DNA of 64,000 bases, taken from IMG/VR virus record IMGVR_UViG_3300020156_000024. One strand, written 5' to 3'. Positions 26,983 through 36,319 of the stretch are shown here, in pieces (position 1 is the first letter of the stretch; every line of letters begins with the position of its first letter). Made by a program: the position numbers and the translations under genes. Origin of the DNA: a virus. Under the pieces are notes generated by a model. The model made no database searches, was not told where the DNA came from, and saw only the letters and a program-made list of their open reading frames with translations.

Positions 26983-27355
26983 CGGGCACCTCCTGGGCGG
27001 CCTGGTCCATGAGGACCCTGGCGTGGCAGTGGTCGACCTCGCCTGGTTCAGGTATCGGGCACGGACACGCGAGGTCGCGGCCGGCGAGCTCGACGCGGAT
27101 CTGTTCGTCAGTGGGGTAGTTCGAGCCCAGGCGCATCATCACCAGGGCCGCGGCGGGGTCGATGACGGTCGCGGAGACGATGCGGCGCACCGCGAGCCCG
27201 ACCGCGAACTGGGCTGCCGCCGCGGCGCGGTCGGGGATGCCGGGCTCGCCGACCTTCCACGGGTTCCCATAGGTCGAGGTGCGGTCGACGATGACGGCGT
27301 CGCCCTTGCGCCAGTCCTTCTGGCGGAGGCGTCGGATCCGCTTCGGGGTGCTCAT
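26972..27355 (-). CDS. DUF4326-family protein
   Basis: VDRTSTYGNPW...ELAGRDLACPC...CHARVL. Confidence 0.85.
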   Translation of the reverse strand: MSTPKRIRRLRQKDWRKGDAVIVDRTSTYGNPWKVGEPGIPDRAAAAAQFAVGLAVRRIVSATVIDPAAALVMMRLGSNYPTDEQIRVELAGRDLACPCPIPEPGEVDHCHARVLMDQAAQEVPGDR

Positions 27356-29013
27356 GCTGCAAGCACCATCCGATCGAGGTCGGCGCCGGTGATGGCCTCG
27401 ACGAGTGCGGACATGATCAGCTCGGCGACAGGCGGTGTGACGGCGTTTCCGTACTGGCGGACACGGTCGCGTTTGGAGCCGAGCACGATGTAGTCGGAGC
27501 CGAAGGCCATGGCCGCGCCGATCTCGTGCGGTTCGAGCATCCGGAACAGGACGTCGTTGATGTCGACGTCGCCGGTGACCAGCGCGTACCGGTCGCGGGT
27601 CGACAGGGTGCCGACCGGCTCATGGACGGTGCGGGCGTTCCCGTTGCCGTAGTAGGGCACCAGGAGGTGTTCCCAGGTGACGAGCGACTGCTTCCCGGAC
27701 GCGGTCAGGGTCCGCATGGGCTCCTGAACCGACGTGGACATGCGGGCGCTGTTGCCCTCGGTCGTGTTGTTGCGCACGACCATCGCCGGCCAGTCGGCGG
27801 CGGCGACGCCGAGGTGGTTGCCGGACGCCGTCACCGATGCGGTCGGGTCGAGGATGCTGCGCGAGGCCGAGGAGCCGCCGCGGAGTTCGACCATCCACGG
27901 CATCCACGCCAAGCCGGTCTCGTTGCGCGCGGTCTGGGTGCGCAGCGGGTTGTTCGCCGTCCCCGCTTCCTTCCCCACTCGGCCCTCGACCGGCACCAGG
28001 AGCGGGGGAATGGCGAGCGCCTTGGTGGCGGTGGTCGTCTGGGTGGTGAGCGGCGCGTCGGCGGGCCAGGTGCGGACGCCGGGCCGCCGCTCGAAGGTGT
28101 TGCCCGCGGCTTCGAGGGTGATGGGCCGCGCGAACTTCTCGAGCCCAGCCTCGATCCGGGCGAGGGTCTTCGCCGCGAGCGGCTTCTCGCGGTCGCCGAT
28201 CCGCGTTCCCGGGAGCGCCCAGTCGATGGCGACGGCAGCGGGCAGCGTCTCGGGTTCGACGGCGGTGCCGCGGCAGGACGTCCTCGGGCAGCGCCACACG
28301 TACTGGCTGCGGTACCGGCCCATGTCGGCGCCTTGACGCTTGAACGACTGGACCGCTTCGACGGTCTGCTCGCACGAGGGGCACCAGGCTTCGGGCCGCA
28401 GCCACTTGTCCCAGTCCGGGGTGCGGCCCAGGCTGTTGTGCCAGTACGCGACGTACAGGCGGTCGCGGGACTGAGGTGCGCGCGCCGAGCGCGTCCCGGC
28501 GGCGTGCATCGAGTTGAACGCGATCGTGCGGGTCCGGTACCCGAGCTTGTGAAGGTCGCCCAGCCACCGGTCCCAGTCCTTCCAGGCCCGGACCTCAACG
28601 ACGTTCTCCACGACGCCGGCCAAGACCAGGCCGCCGCGCCGCTGCACGCCCGAAAGGTAGAGCGGGACTTCGTCCATGAGGGCCCTGGACCGTTCGGCTT
28701 CCTCGTCGCGCTTGGGCTCCATGCCCGGAAGGGTGGCCGCTGACCATTCGAAGTCGCGGCGCTTTCCGCGCGCGCTGCTCCACTGCGGGCACTCCGGTGA
28801 GGCCCAGAAGATGTCGCACGTCGGCCAGGTGTCGACCGGCGCGAGCCGGATGTCGCCCTGGTAGTGGTCGGCGCCCGGGAAGTTCGCGGCATGGGTCTCA
28901 ATGGCCCGCTGCCAGTGGTTCGCCGCTCGAGCGACGGTGACGCCGGGGACGGAGTCAATCCCTTGGCTGCTACCGCCGGCGCCGCAGAACCAGTCCATAA
29001 CAGTGAGGGTCAC
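27352..29013 (-). CDS. DNA (cytosine-5)-methyltransferase
   Basis: DWFCGAGG (I), ASPEC (IV), VENV (VI), PQSRDRLY (VIII), RQYGNAV (X). Confidence 0.92.
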   Translation of the reverse strand: MTLTVMDWFCGAGGSSQGIDSVPGVTVARAANHWQRAIETHAANFPGADHYQGDIRLAPVDTWPTCDIFWASPECPQWSSARGKRRDFEWSAATLPGMEPKRDEEAERSRALMDEVPLYLSGVQRRGGLVLAGVVENVVEVRAWKDWDRWLGDLHKLGYRTRTIAFNSMHAAGTRSARAPQSRDRLYVAYWHNSLGRTPDWDKWLRPEAWCPSCEQTVEAVQSFKRQGADMGRYRSQYVWRCPRTSCRGTAVEPETLPAAVAIDWALPGTRIGDREKPLAAKTLARIEAGLEKFARPITLEAAGNTFERRPGVRTWPADAPLTTQTTTATKALAIPPLLVPVEGRVGKEAGTANNPLRTQTARNETGLAWMPWMVELRGGSSASRSILDPTASVTASGNHLGVAAADWPAMVVRNNTTEGNSARMSTSVQEPMRTLTASGKQSLVTWEHLLVPYYGNGNARTVHEPVGTLSTRDRYALVTGDVDINDVLFRMLEPHEIGAAMAFGSDYIVLGSKRDRVRQYGNAVTPPVAELIMSALVEAITGADLDRMVLAA

Positions 29014-29237
29014 CAGCGGTACTCCTTCACTTCAGATGCTTTGGCGGCGTTGCTCTTCGCGACGATCTCGGCAAGAACCTCGGCGGCCTCGCTGAGAATC
29101 GGGCCGCGGGCATCGTGAACGATCGCCCTTGCAAGGTCTTCACCGTCGAAGCCGGCGAGCTGGTCCGTGATCGAGACTCCAGCGGTCCGCATGATCGCGT
29201 CGTAGACAGCCTGTTCAGGCTGGGAGAGGTCAGCCAC
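29010..29237 (-). CDS. Hypothetical phage protein
   Basis: GTGA coupling to the methyltransferase. Confidence 0.6.
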   Translation of the reverse strand: MADLSQPEQAVYDAIMRTAGVSITDQLAGFDGEDLARAIVHDARGPILSEAAEVLAEIVAKSNAAKASEVKEYRW

Positions 29238-29601
29238 GGTGGGCCTCCAGTTCGAAGAGAGGGGACATGCCGGTCGCGGCTTCCAGCGCACGGCTGTGGC
29301 TCGCGGTCTCGGCGTGGTGGTCGCGGTCGTAGTGCAGGTGGCAGCCCTGGCACATCGCGCGCAGGTTCTCGGGGTCGCAGTTCTCCGGCGTGTGGTCCAG
29401 ATGCGCGGTCGTCAGCACGACCTTCGACCCGGTGCCGTACGCGGCACCGCCGTGCAGGTTCGGGCAGCGCCCCGCATGGGTGCCGCGGCCGCATTCACCG
29501 AGGCATTCGCAGCGGCCCTCGGCGCGCACGAACCTGATCGACTCGGAGATCTCGTCCCAGTCGTCGGGGTAGCGGGCCTTGTTCTCAGGACGGATCGGCA
29601 C
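29230..29601 (-). CDS. HNH-like Zn-binding endonuclease
   Basis: MPIRPENKARYP..W, RCEC, LTTAHLDHTPENCDPENLRAMCQGCHLHYD. Confidence 0.82.
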   Translation of the reverse strand: MPIRPENKARYPDDWDEISESIRFVRAEGRCECLGECGRGTHAGRCPNLHGGAAYGTGSKVVLTTAHLDHTPENCDPENLRAMCQGCHLHYDRDHHAETASHSRALEAATGMSPLFELEAHRG

Positions 29602-30055
29602 CGACGCCACCCCCGTGCTGAACTGTCGTAAGCGTGGCCGCGTACCGGGCGCACTTGCCCGTGTGCGCCGACGTGCAAGGGGTGCAGCGGCAGCCATAGT
29701 TGCCGTAGCCGTTGGGAGTGCCGTGCGGCGCCCGCGGGTGGAACGGGCGCCCGTCGACCTCGATGCGCTCGGCGAAGCGGCGGGCGCGCGCAGCTTTCAC
29801 ACCGCGTGACGGCCGGGCCGGGCGCTGCACGGTGGCAGCGGGCCGACCGCCAAGGAGTTCGATGACGTCGGTGGAGTGCAGCCCGGTGGCGTGTGCGATC
29901 CGCTCAGGCGTCCAACCCTCGTCGGCGAGCGCCAGCGCCGCGGGCTTCCGCTCCCAGGTGCGGATCTCAACGTCCTTGTCGCCGGCGTCGCGCCGACGGA
30001 ACGGCTCCAGATCTGCGGCGCCGAGCCGGGTGCGGGCGGTAGCGGTGGGGAACAT
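29585..30055 (-). CDS. HTH protein with C-terminal HGT..GY...GCRC..C motif
   Basis: GWTPERIAHATGL HTH; HGTPNGYGNYGCRCTPC. Confidence 0.7.
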   Translation of the reverse strand: MFPTATARTRLGAADLEPFRRRDAGDKDVEIRTWERKPAALALADEGWTPERIAHATGLHSTDVIELLGGRPAATVQRPARPSRGVKAARARRFAERIEVDGRPFHPRAPHGTPNGYGNYGCRCTPCTSAHTGKCARYAATLTTVQHGGGVGADPS

Positions 30056-30468
30056 CAGGCCGCCACCGCCCCGTACTTGCGCAGGCGACGGCAGGTCTTG
30101 CAGATGCGGCGGCCCCGGTAGATCCGGGTGTTGCGCTCGTCGAACGGGTGGTTGTTCACGCAGTGCGTCGGCACTGCCTTCACCGTCCTTGCCCGCTCCT
30201 GCTCAAGCACCTCATCCACAGACGACCGCTCCGCCTGCCGCCGAAGGATCGTGCGCCGCCGCTTCGTAGTGCCGCCCCAGATCCCGTCCGGGTTGTAGTC
30301 CTGCTCCAGCGCGTCCCGCAGGCATGCGAGTTGGACTGGGCAGCCCTTGCAGACTTTCAGCGCCGGGCCGTTGTCGATGGCCTTCTCGGGGAAGAACACT
30401 TCGGTATTGACGGCCCGGCACGCTGAGCTCACGACCCACTCGGGGTAGAGGCTGAACACATCACGCAT
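30055..30468 (-). CDS. whiB: WhiB-family Fe-S regulator with C-terminal Zn-finger extension
   Basis: W..SSAC...FFPE...VCKGCPV...C...GIWGGTT; tail HCVNNHPF..RN...CKTC. Confidence 0.88.
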   Translation of the reverse strand: MRDVFSLYPEWVVSSACRAVNTEVFFPEKAIDNGPALKVCKGCPVQLACLRDALEQDYNPDGIWGGTTKRRRTILRRQAERSSVDEVLEQERARTVKAVPTHCVNNHPFDERNTRIYRGRRICKTCRRLRKYGAVAA

Positions 30469-30790
30469 TGCCCACCGCCTCGTAGCCGCCCTTGCTGTCG
30501 AGGGACACCAGCCCGTAGTGCGTCCGGACGGGCACCTTGGCCTCGTCCGCCCACGACTGGACCGACCAGCCGGCGGCGTACGCCTTCGTGGGGCTGGAGT
30601 GGATGTCACCGTGGCAGCCCGTGGTCCCGGAGCCGCACACGTCCAAGCCGTTAGCGGCCGACCAGCGCCCGCCCTGTGAGCGGTTCTTGCGGTGCTGGAA
30701 GTTCGTGGCCCGCTGCTCGCCGCAGACCTCGCAGATGCCGCCGGAGCGTTCCCGGACCAGGCGGCGGGCGGTCTGCTCGGCGGTTACCAT
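30461..30790 (-). CDS. HNH-like endonuclease
   Basis: RSGGICEVC, QHRKNRSQGG, CGSGTTGCHG. Confidence 0.78.
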   Translation of the reverse strand: MVTAEQTARRLVRERSGGICEVCGEQRATNFQHRKNRSQGGRWSAANGLDVCGSGTTGCHGDIHSSPTKAYAAGWSVQSWADEAKVPVRTHYGLVSLDSKGGYEAVGNA

Positions 30791-31722
30791 CCCGGCTCCT
30801 CGATGCCCTCGTCGACGATCTCCGCGTCGACGATCTCGGCCTCGGCGTCGATCTCCGCGGCGGCGTCGACGCGGGCGCCGGCCTCTTTGAACGCGGTCTC
30901 CAGCTCGGGCGTGAGGGTCATCTCCGGGTCGGCCTTGAACCGATCCCAGAGCTCCTGGAGCTCGGGGCGCGTCTTGCAGGCATGCACCTGGGCGACCGGG
31001 TCAGGAGCCGCGGCGATCGCGGCCGCCGCGGTGGCCGTATCGACCGCGGCGGCGAGGCGCTGCCGGGCCAGTTCGGGCGCGCGGCCCGAGACGAGCTCGG
31101 CGGCGGTGAAGCCCTGCACGTCGAGCGTGACGACCGCGAAGTTCCGAGTCTCGTTGTTGCGGGTGACGGTCCGCTGGTCGAGGCGCAGGACGCCGGGGAT
31201 GATGCCCTGAGAAGCGGCGAGGACCTTCGTGATCCCCGGGAGTTCGGTCGCGGCGTAGTACGAGCTGGTGTCGATCAGCCAGACGCCAGCGGATTCGACG
31301 TGCGTCAACATGACCGTGATGCGGGTGTGCATCTTGCACTGCCGCCGGGCCGGATCGGGGTCGCACATGCACGGCTTCCCCGACAGCTTCTCGGTGACGC
31401 CGTCACAGCGGCGCTTGCACCCGCCCGCGGTCCAGTCCTCGAACCATTGGGACTCGCCGGGATCCTGCGGGGGCACCAGCACCGGAACCTCGTCGGTCTC
31501 GGTGATGACCTCCCACTGCGCGTTCCCGCGCTTGGGCTCCCACAACTGGACCTCGCCGCCGTAGAGCCCGGCGATCTGCTCGATGTGCGCCCGTCGGGGG
31601 CTGGTGAACCGGAGCGTGTCGAGCTTGACCGGGAACTCCTTCCCGTTCTTCCCGATCTTCTTCTCGCCGGCGCGGATCCGGCCGACCTGCGTCTGTCGCT
31701 TCTGGAGCGTGAGGATCGCCAT
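30784..31722 (-). CDS. Gp3-like recombination directionality factor / recombination protein
   Basis: GRIRAG...KLDTLRFTS...LYGGEV..W...W..GGC.RRCDG...C..HTR; beside an exonuclease in a serine-integrase phage. Confidence 0.72.
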   Translation of the reverse strand: MAILTLQKRQTQVGRIRAGEKKIGKNGKEFPVKLDTLRFTSPRRAHIEQIAGLYGGEVQLWEPKRGNAQWEVITETDEVPVLVPPQDPGESQWFEDWTAGGCKRRCDGVTEKLSGKPCMCDPDPARRQCKMHTRITVMLTHVESAGVWLIDTSSYYAATELPGITKVLAASQGIIPGVLRLDQRTVTRNNETRNFAVVTLDVQGFTAAELVSGRAPELARQRLAAAVDTATAAAAIAAAPDPVAQVHACKTRPELQELWDRFKADPEMTLTPELETAFKEAGARVDAAAEIDAEAEIVDAEIVDEGIEEPGW

Positions 31723-32586
31723 CTACTTCGCCTCCTTGGGGGCGGTGAAACGCTGGGGCCGGGACAGGGACTCGCCCAGCGGCGAGCCCATCGCTTCGGC
31801 GATCCGCAGCGCGTGAATGAAACGGGAGAAAGCGCGGGTGTCGAGGTGTGCCTCGCGCATGGCGACGCCGCCCTCAGATTCGGGCCGGACGTGCAGAACC
31901 ATGCCCGCGCCGATGCGCGGGAGCTTGACCTCGGTGCCGTCGGGCATGAGGACGTGCTCGGCCGCCCGGTAGGCCGCGAGCTGCCAGGCGGCCGGGGCCC
32001 CAACGGACTTCCCGGTCTTGTAGTCGACGAGTACGCTGCGGCGTTTCAGGTGCTTGAGCTGCTTCGGCAGTTCGGACTTGACACCGAAGAACATGACGGC
32101 ATCGAGCGTTCCGGCATAGCCGTACTTCCTGTTGATGACGGTGACCTCGGCGGCTCGGAGCTTCGGCTTCGCGCGCTCAGCCCACGCGAGGTAGGCGTTG
32201 AAGAACGGCCGGACGTCGGCATCGACGTATCCGCCGGGGCCGAACACGGTGTAGTGCTCGACGGCCTGGTGGAATCGGGAACCGATGTCCGAGGCGGTGT
32301 CGCGGACGACGTTGTGACGATTCGACAGCCACTCGGTGACGCACGCGCGGCATTTCCCGCACCCGTTGTCGCCCTTGCGCCCGCACGGTTCGATTGCGGC
32401 GGCGTCGCGAAGTCGCGCCCAGGCGTCGATCGCGGCCTTCGCCGAGAGTGTCGCTGCCCACCTGGGCAGTTCGAACTTCGCGACGTGCGAGAGCGCGGCG
32501 GTCACGGACATGAACCGTTCCCCGGTGATCGGGTGGACGTACCAGCGGAACGTCCCGGAGTCCACGGCGTTGACGGGTGTTGTCAC
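31723..32586 (-). CDS. PD-(D/E)XK exonuclease (RecB/Cas4-like)
   Basis: SVTAAL..K..L..WAA, IGSRFH, YAGTLD, VDYKTG, QLAAY. Confidence 0.85.
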   Translation of the reverse strand: MTTPVNAVDSGTFRWYVHPITGERFMSVTAALSHVAKFELPRWAATLSAKAAIDAWARLRDAAAIEPCGRKGDNGCGKCRACVTEWLSNRHNVVRDTASDIGSRFHQAVEHYTVFGPGGYVDADVRPFFNAYLAWAERAKPKLRAAEVTVINRKYGYAGTLDAVMFFGVKSELPKQLKHLKRRSVLVDYKTGKSVGAPAAWQLAAYRAAEHVLMPDGTEVKLPRIGAGMVLHVRPESEGGVAMREAHLDTRAFSRFIHALRIAEAMGSPLGESLSRPQRFTAPKEAK

Positions 32587-33320
32587 GGCGTCACCTCCGC
32601 GTATGGGCGCAGCGGCCAGGACCGGTCGACGACCGCGTCCTTGTCCTTGCGGCGCAGGTACTCCTCGAAACCCTCGGCCCACTCGTGGTGGGATTCGACC
32701 TGGAACTCGTGCAGCGCGGCCAGCTCCATCGCGGCGACCTTCGGGTAGGTCGACGCGAGCTTGTAGGCGACGCGGGCGGTCGCGAGGCAGTCACCAGCGG
32801 CGGTGTGCGCCTCCTCCTCCGACAGGGCCACGTTGTAATGCGCGGCGACGGCCGAGAGCGTCCGCTTCCCCTTCCGCCACTTGTCCACCTTCCGGTCCAG
32901 GACGAACGGGTCCACGACGAACACCTCGGCGCCCTCATCCGCGGCGAGCTCGTGAAGCGTCGGCAGGTCGTAACGGCGGCACTCCCGGTCCAGCAAGGTG
33001 AGGTCGTAGGGCGCGTTGTAGACGATCAGCGGCAAGCCTTCGACCACGGCTTCGGAGAGGGCCTCGCAGATCGCCGCGATCGCGCCCATGGCCGGCAGGC
33101 CCTCGGTACGGGCCTGCTCGGTGGTGATGCCGTGGACCTCAGCGGCCGCCTCGGGGATCTCTACCCCTGGGTTGATCAGCCAGTTCAGGACCTTCTTCGG
33201 CTCGCCGGGCCGAATCGTGACCACGGCGGCCGAGACGATCCGGTCGACACTGACCTTCGTGCCAGTGGTCTCGGTGTCGAACGCGCACATCGGGCCCAGA
33301 GCCCAGGACTTCGCGGTCAC
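32583..33320 (-). CDS. DnaQ-like 3'-5' exonuclease
   Basis: FDTETTG (ExoI), YNAPYD (ExoII), HTAAGD (ExoIII). Confidence 0.92.
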   Translation of the reverse strand: MTAKSWALGPMCAFDTETTGTKVSVDRIVSAAVVTIRPGEPKKVLNWLINPGVEIPEAAAEVHGITTEQARTEGLPAMGAIAAICEALSEAVVEGLPLIVYNAPYDLTLLDRECRRYDLPTLHELAADEGAEVFVVDPFVLDRKVDKWRKGKRTLSAVAAHYNVALSEEEAHTAAGDCLATARVAYKLASTYPKVAAMELAALHEFQVESHHEWAEGFEEYLRRKDKDAVVDRSWPLRPYAEVTP

Positions 33321-33943
33321 CGGCGCTCCTCCGCCCAGTCCGTGAGCAGCCCGCGCGCAAGCTCGGGGAGCTCGCAGAACGACATGCGCCCGCGGTTGTC
33401 CATGAGCGTCTCGACGACCGACTCCATGACCGGGCCGGGAACGTCGTCGGCGTCGACGCCGTCACCGACCGATTCGAGAACGCCCGCGGCGTCCTCGGCG
33501 ATCATCTCGACCGCCAGCGTCCACATCGGCAGGTCGGCGAGCTGGTCCCCGCCCGCGATGCGCTCTTCGACAACCTTGGCGAGTCGGGAGATCTCGCCCG
33601 AGCTCAAGTCCAAGCCCTCCCGGTGGGTCCAGCGCTCCACGAGCATCGACGACCCGCCCGGGTACGTGAGCGACTCGACCTCCTGGTGCGCCGCGGTGTC
33701 GTCCTCATAGGCGCCGATCGCGACCAGGATGTGCACCAGGGCTTCAACGGCCTGCGAGTACTCGTGGGCGGCGTCGCCGTGCGGGTAGCCGGTCTCCTCG
33801 AACGCCGTACGGGCGTCGAGGTACTTCGGAGTGAGGCGGCGCAGCTCGGTCGAGAGATCGGTCTCGTCGGCGAGCACCGCGTTCATCGCGCGCCAGTTGG
33901 GGCGCGTCTCGATCGCGGTGGGCCGGTTGATGGTGTCGGTCAT
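33317..33943 (-). CDS. Hypothetical phage protein
   Basis: GAGGAG RBS; GTGA coupling. Confidence 0.7.
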   Translation of the reverse strand: MTDTINRPTAIETRPNWRAMNAVLADETDLSTELRRLTPKYLDARTAFEETGYPHGDAAHEYSQAVEALVHILVAIGAYEDDTAAHQEVESLTYPGGSSMLVERWTHREGLDLSSGEISRLAKVVEERIAGGDQLADLPMWTLAVEMIAEDAAGVLESVGDGVDADDVPGPVMESVVETLMDNRGRMSFCELPELARGLLTDWAEERR

Positions 33944-34055
33944 TGCTGCTCCTCAGAGTCGGTGTGGGGCTTGGGGGTGGTGTCCTGCGGCGGCGGGGGA
34001 GGCGTGTGCTTGCGTCCTCCCCTGCGGCCCGGACGGCGTCGGCGCGGCGGGACCA

Positions 34056-34658
34056 TCAAGAGGTCTCCTCGACGCGCAGGACTTCCCGCGTGTACTCCCC
34101 GGAACGGATGCGGTCGCGGTAGTCGGCCAGGTAACCCACGACGCCCTCGTAGGTGTCGAGGGATTCGTCACGACCGGTGGCCGGGTTGTTGTAGTCGTGG
34201 TCCTCGGCGAGGTCGTGCAGGGCCGCTGTGAGGCCTTCCGAGGCGAACACGGCGTAGACGGCATCGGTGATGGCGCGAGCGTCCTCGATGTGGTCGCGCC
34301 AGTCGCCGTGCCACGCCCCGGTCATGATGTGGGTGTACTTGCTGCGGGGCCTGGCGGAAGCCCGAGCCCGCAGTGCCTCGGCGACGGCGAGCACCACCGC
34401 CGGAGGAGTCGGCTCGGGGTCGATCTCCAAGTTCTCCAGGCTGACCGGGAACGAGTGGGTGTCGACGCGGACGCAGGCCCCGCCGCGCTGATCGTGGAGG
34501 ACGAACGCGGGCTCAGTCGTGAGTCCCTTGTGGTCGCGGGGGTCGACGGAGTTGATGCCGTACAGGACCGGGGTGCCTACCGGGTGGGCGGTGTTCCACT
34601 CCTCGACCTGCTTGATGTGCTGCTTGGTCAGGTCCGCGTTGATGAAAATGCTGGTCAT
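34056..34658 (-). CDS. Hypothetical phage protein
   Basis: WNTAHPVGTPV motif; GGAG RBS. Confidence 0.7.
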   Translation of the reverse strand: MTSIFINADLTKQHIKQVEEWNTAHPVGTPVLYGINSVDPRDHKGLTTEPAFVLHDQRGGACVRVDTHSFPVSLENLEIDPEPTPPAVVLAVAEALRARASARPRSKYTHIMTGAWHGDWRDHIEDARAITDAVYAVFASEGLTAALHDLAEDHDYNNPATGRDESLDTYEGVVGYLADYRDRIRSGEYTREVLRVEETS

Positions 34659-34713
34659 GTCGTGCTCCTAAGATGGGGTGGCGGGCCCGGCCTGGGGACG
34701 GGGCCCGCCGAAA

Positions 34714-34995
34714 TCAGGTCTGGTCGGGCCACTCGCGGCCGATGAGGTCGTCGAAGTGCTCGCGCGTCTCAGAGAGCTCGGGAGCGGTCATGCCGTGGAT
34801 CTCACGGTCCGACCGGTCCCAGCGGCCGTCAATGAGGTCGGCCAGATCAGCGCCGGAGGCCGCGAAGGTGTCCCGGAGGAGCTGCTCCGTCTCGTCCCGC
34901 TCGGCGACGATGCGTGCACGGCGGTCCTGCAGGCGCTTCCACTCCCGACGAGCGCCGCCGAGCAACAGCGCCACGACACGCGCCAGTGCGTTCAC
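34714..34995 (-). CDS. Hypothetical phage protein
   Basis: GGAGG RBS, operon context. Confidence 0.6.
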   Translation of the reverse strand: MNALARVVALLLGGARREWKRLQDRRARIVAERDETEQLLRDTFAASGADLADLIDGRWDRSDREIHGMTAPELSETREHFDDLIGREWPDQT

Positions 34996-35346
34996 CGCTG
35001 CACCTCCAGGTACTCACAGGGCGTGCCAGCGGCGGGGAACGTCTCCTGGTCAACCTCGGCGCCCTCACTGTGGAGGTCACCGAGCGTCGGCGCCAGGTGC
35101 GGACCGCATGAGCACCGCTGCGCGCCGCCCTTCGTGGTCACCCAGTAGAGGCCGTTCGACAGGCACGCCTTCGGCATCGGCGGGGCTACCGCCGGGCGCC
35201 TGTGGGGGAGGAGAACCATCACGACCGCCCGCCATTCACCGAGGAAGCCGGCTTGTTGCCCTGGGGTTCCGCTGGCGCGGGTGTCTTCGGGTGCGTGATG
35301 ACCGGGGCAGGATTGAAGTGGCCCTTGTTCGGGTTCATCGAGTTCG

Positions 35347-35886
35347 TCACTGGGACACACCGCCCTTGAGCGCGCGGTGCTTGCGCGTCGACGCGGCGAC
35401 CTGAGCGCGTCGCCTGGCGGCGTACTCGGGGTCTGAGTCCATCCGCTCCGCCGCGCGGACCGCTTTGCACGCCCGGCACGTCCGGCTGCCATTCCGGTTC
35501 ACGTATGTGTTCTCGGGAGTGAACTCGTGGTTCCGCTTGCAGTGCGTCTTGCGGGAGTTGACTGACGCGGGAGCGATCGGAGACCGCAACAGGTTCTCCC
35601 GGCAGGTGACCGGCTCGAGGTGCGAGGGGTTGCAGCAAGGCCTGTTGCGGCAAAGGTGGTCAACGTGACCACCGTCGAAGATCGGCCCCACGAGAGCCTC
35701 GTAGGCCCACCGGTGGGTGTAGACCTTCGTGCCCTGCTCCTTGACGTACGGAAAGCCGTACCCCTCGGGCGTCTTCGGGCCGGTCCACTCCCAGCAGCCG
35801 GAGGCCTGGTTGACGGTGACCTGGTGCCAGAAGTTCTCCGGCAACGCTTGGTCTCCGAACCTTGGTGTGGAAGACTCTTCTTTCAT
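35347..35886 (-). CDS. HNH endonuclease with C-terminal Zn-finger
   Basis: GCWEWTG, THRWAYEALVGPI...VDHLCRNRPCCNPSHLEPVT..EN, THCKRNHEF.PEN...CRAC. Confidence 0.88.
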   Translation of the reverse strand: MKEESSTPRFGDQALPENFWHQVTVNQASGCWEWTGPKTPEGYGFPYVKEQGTKVYTHRWAYEALVGPIFDGGHVDHLCRNRPCCNPSHLEPVTCRENLLRSPIAPASVNSRKTHCKRNHEFTPENTYVNRNGSRTCRACKAVRAAERMDSDPEYAARRRAQVAASTRKHRALKGGVSQ

Positions 35887-36115
35887 GGGCTTCTCCTAAT
35901 CGCGTTGCCCTGTCGAAGCCCTGGCCCTGTCCGGCCGGGGCTTCCTTGTCGTGCGTCTCCGGGTGTTGATCCCGGCACTGCCCCGCTGGGGGAGAAGCAG
36001 GGGTGGTTGTGGTGGGCTGGCCCCGCACCCCTCAGGCGGAGCCAGCCCTGGTGGTCAGGCCCGAAGGCCCTCCCTTTCCCTCCCGCGCCACCCCTCGTCA
36101 CGCGGTCGGGAAGAT

Positions 36116-36319
36116 CTACGCCGCCCTGACGTGCTCGGCGGCTTTCGCCTTTTCACGAGCGGCGAGACGTTCGGCGGCCTTGGGAAGTTCGAGGCGCATC
36201 ATGGCGACGATGCGACGCTCGACCTCGGGGGATAGGGCCGGATACGAGTCCACATCGGTCTCGCGGGCGGGGGCGCCCACCATGCCCGGGTAGGTTGTCG
36301 CGGATTCACTCGCTTTCAT
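36116..36319 (-). CDS. Small early protein downstream of cro
   Basis: GGAGGAG RBS before MKASES. Confidence 0.65.
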   Translation of the reverse strand: MKASESATTYPGMVGAPARETDVDSYPALSPEVERRIVAMMRLELPKAAERLAAREKAKAAEHVRAA

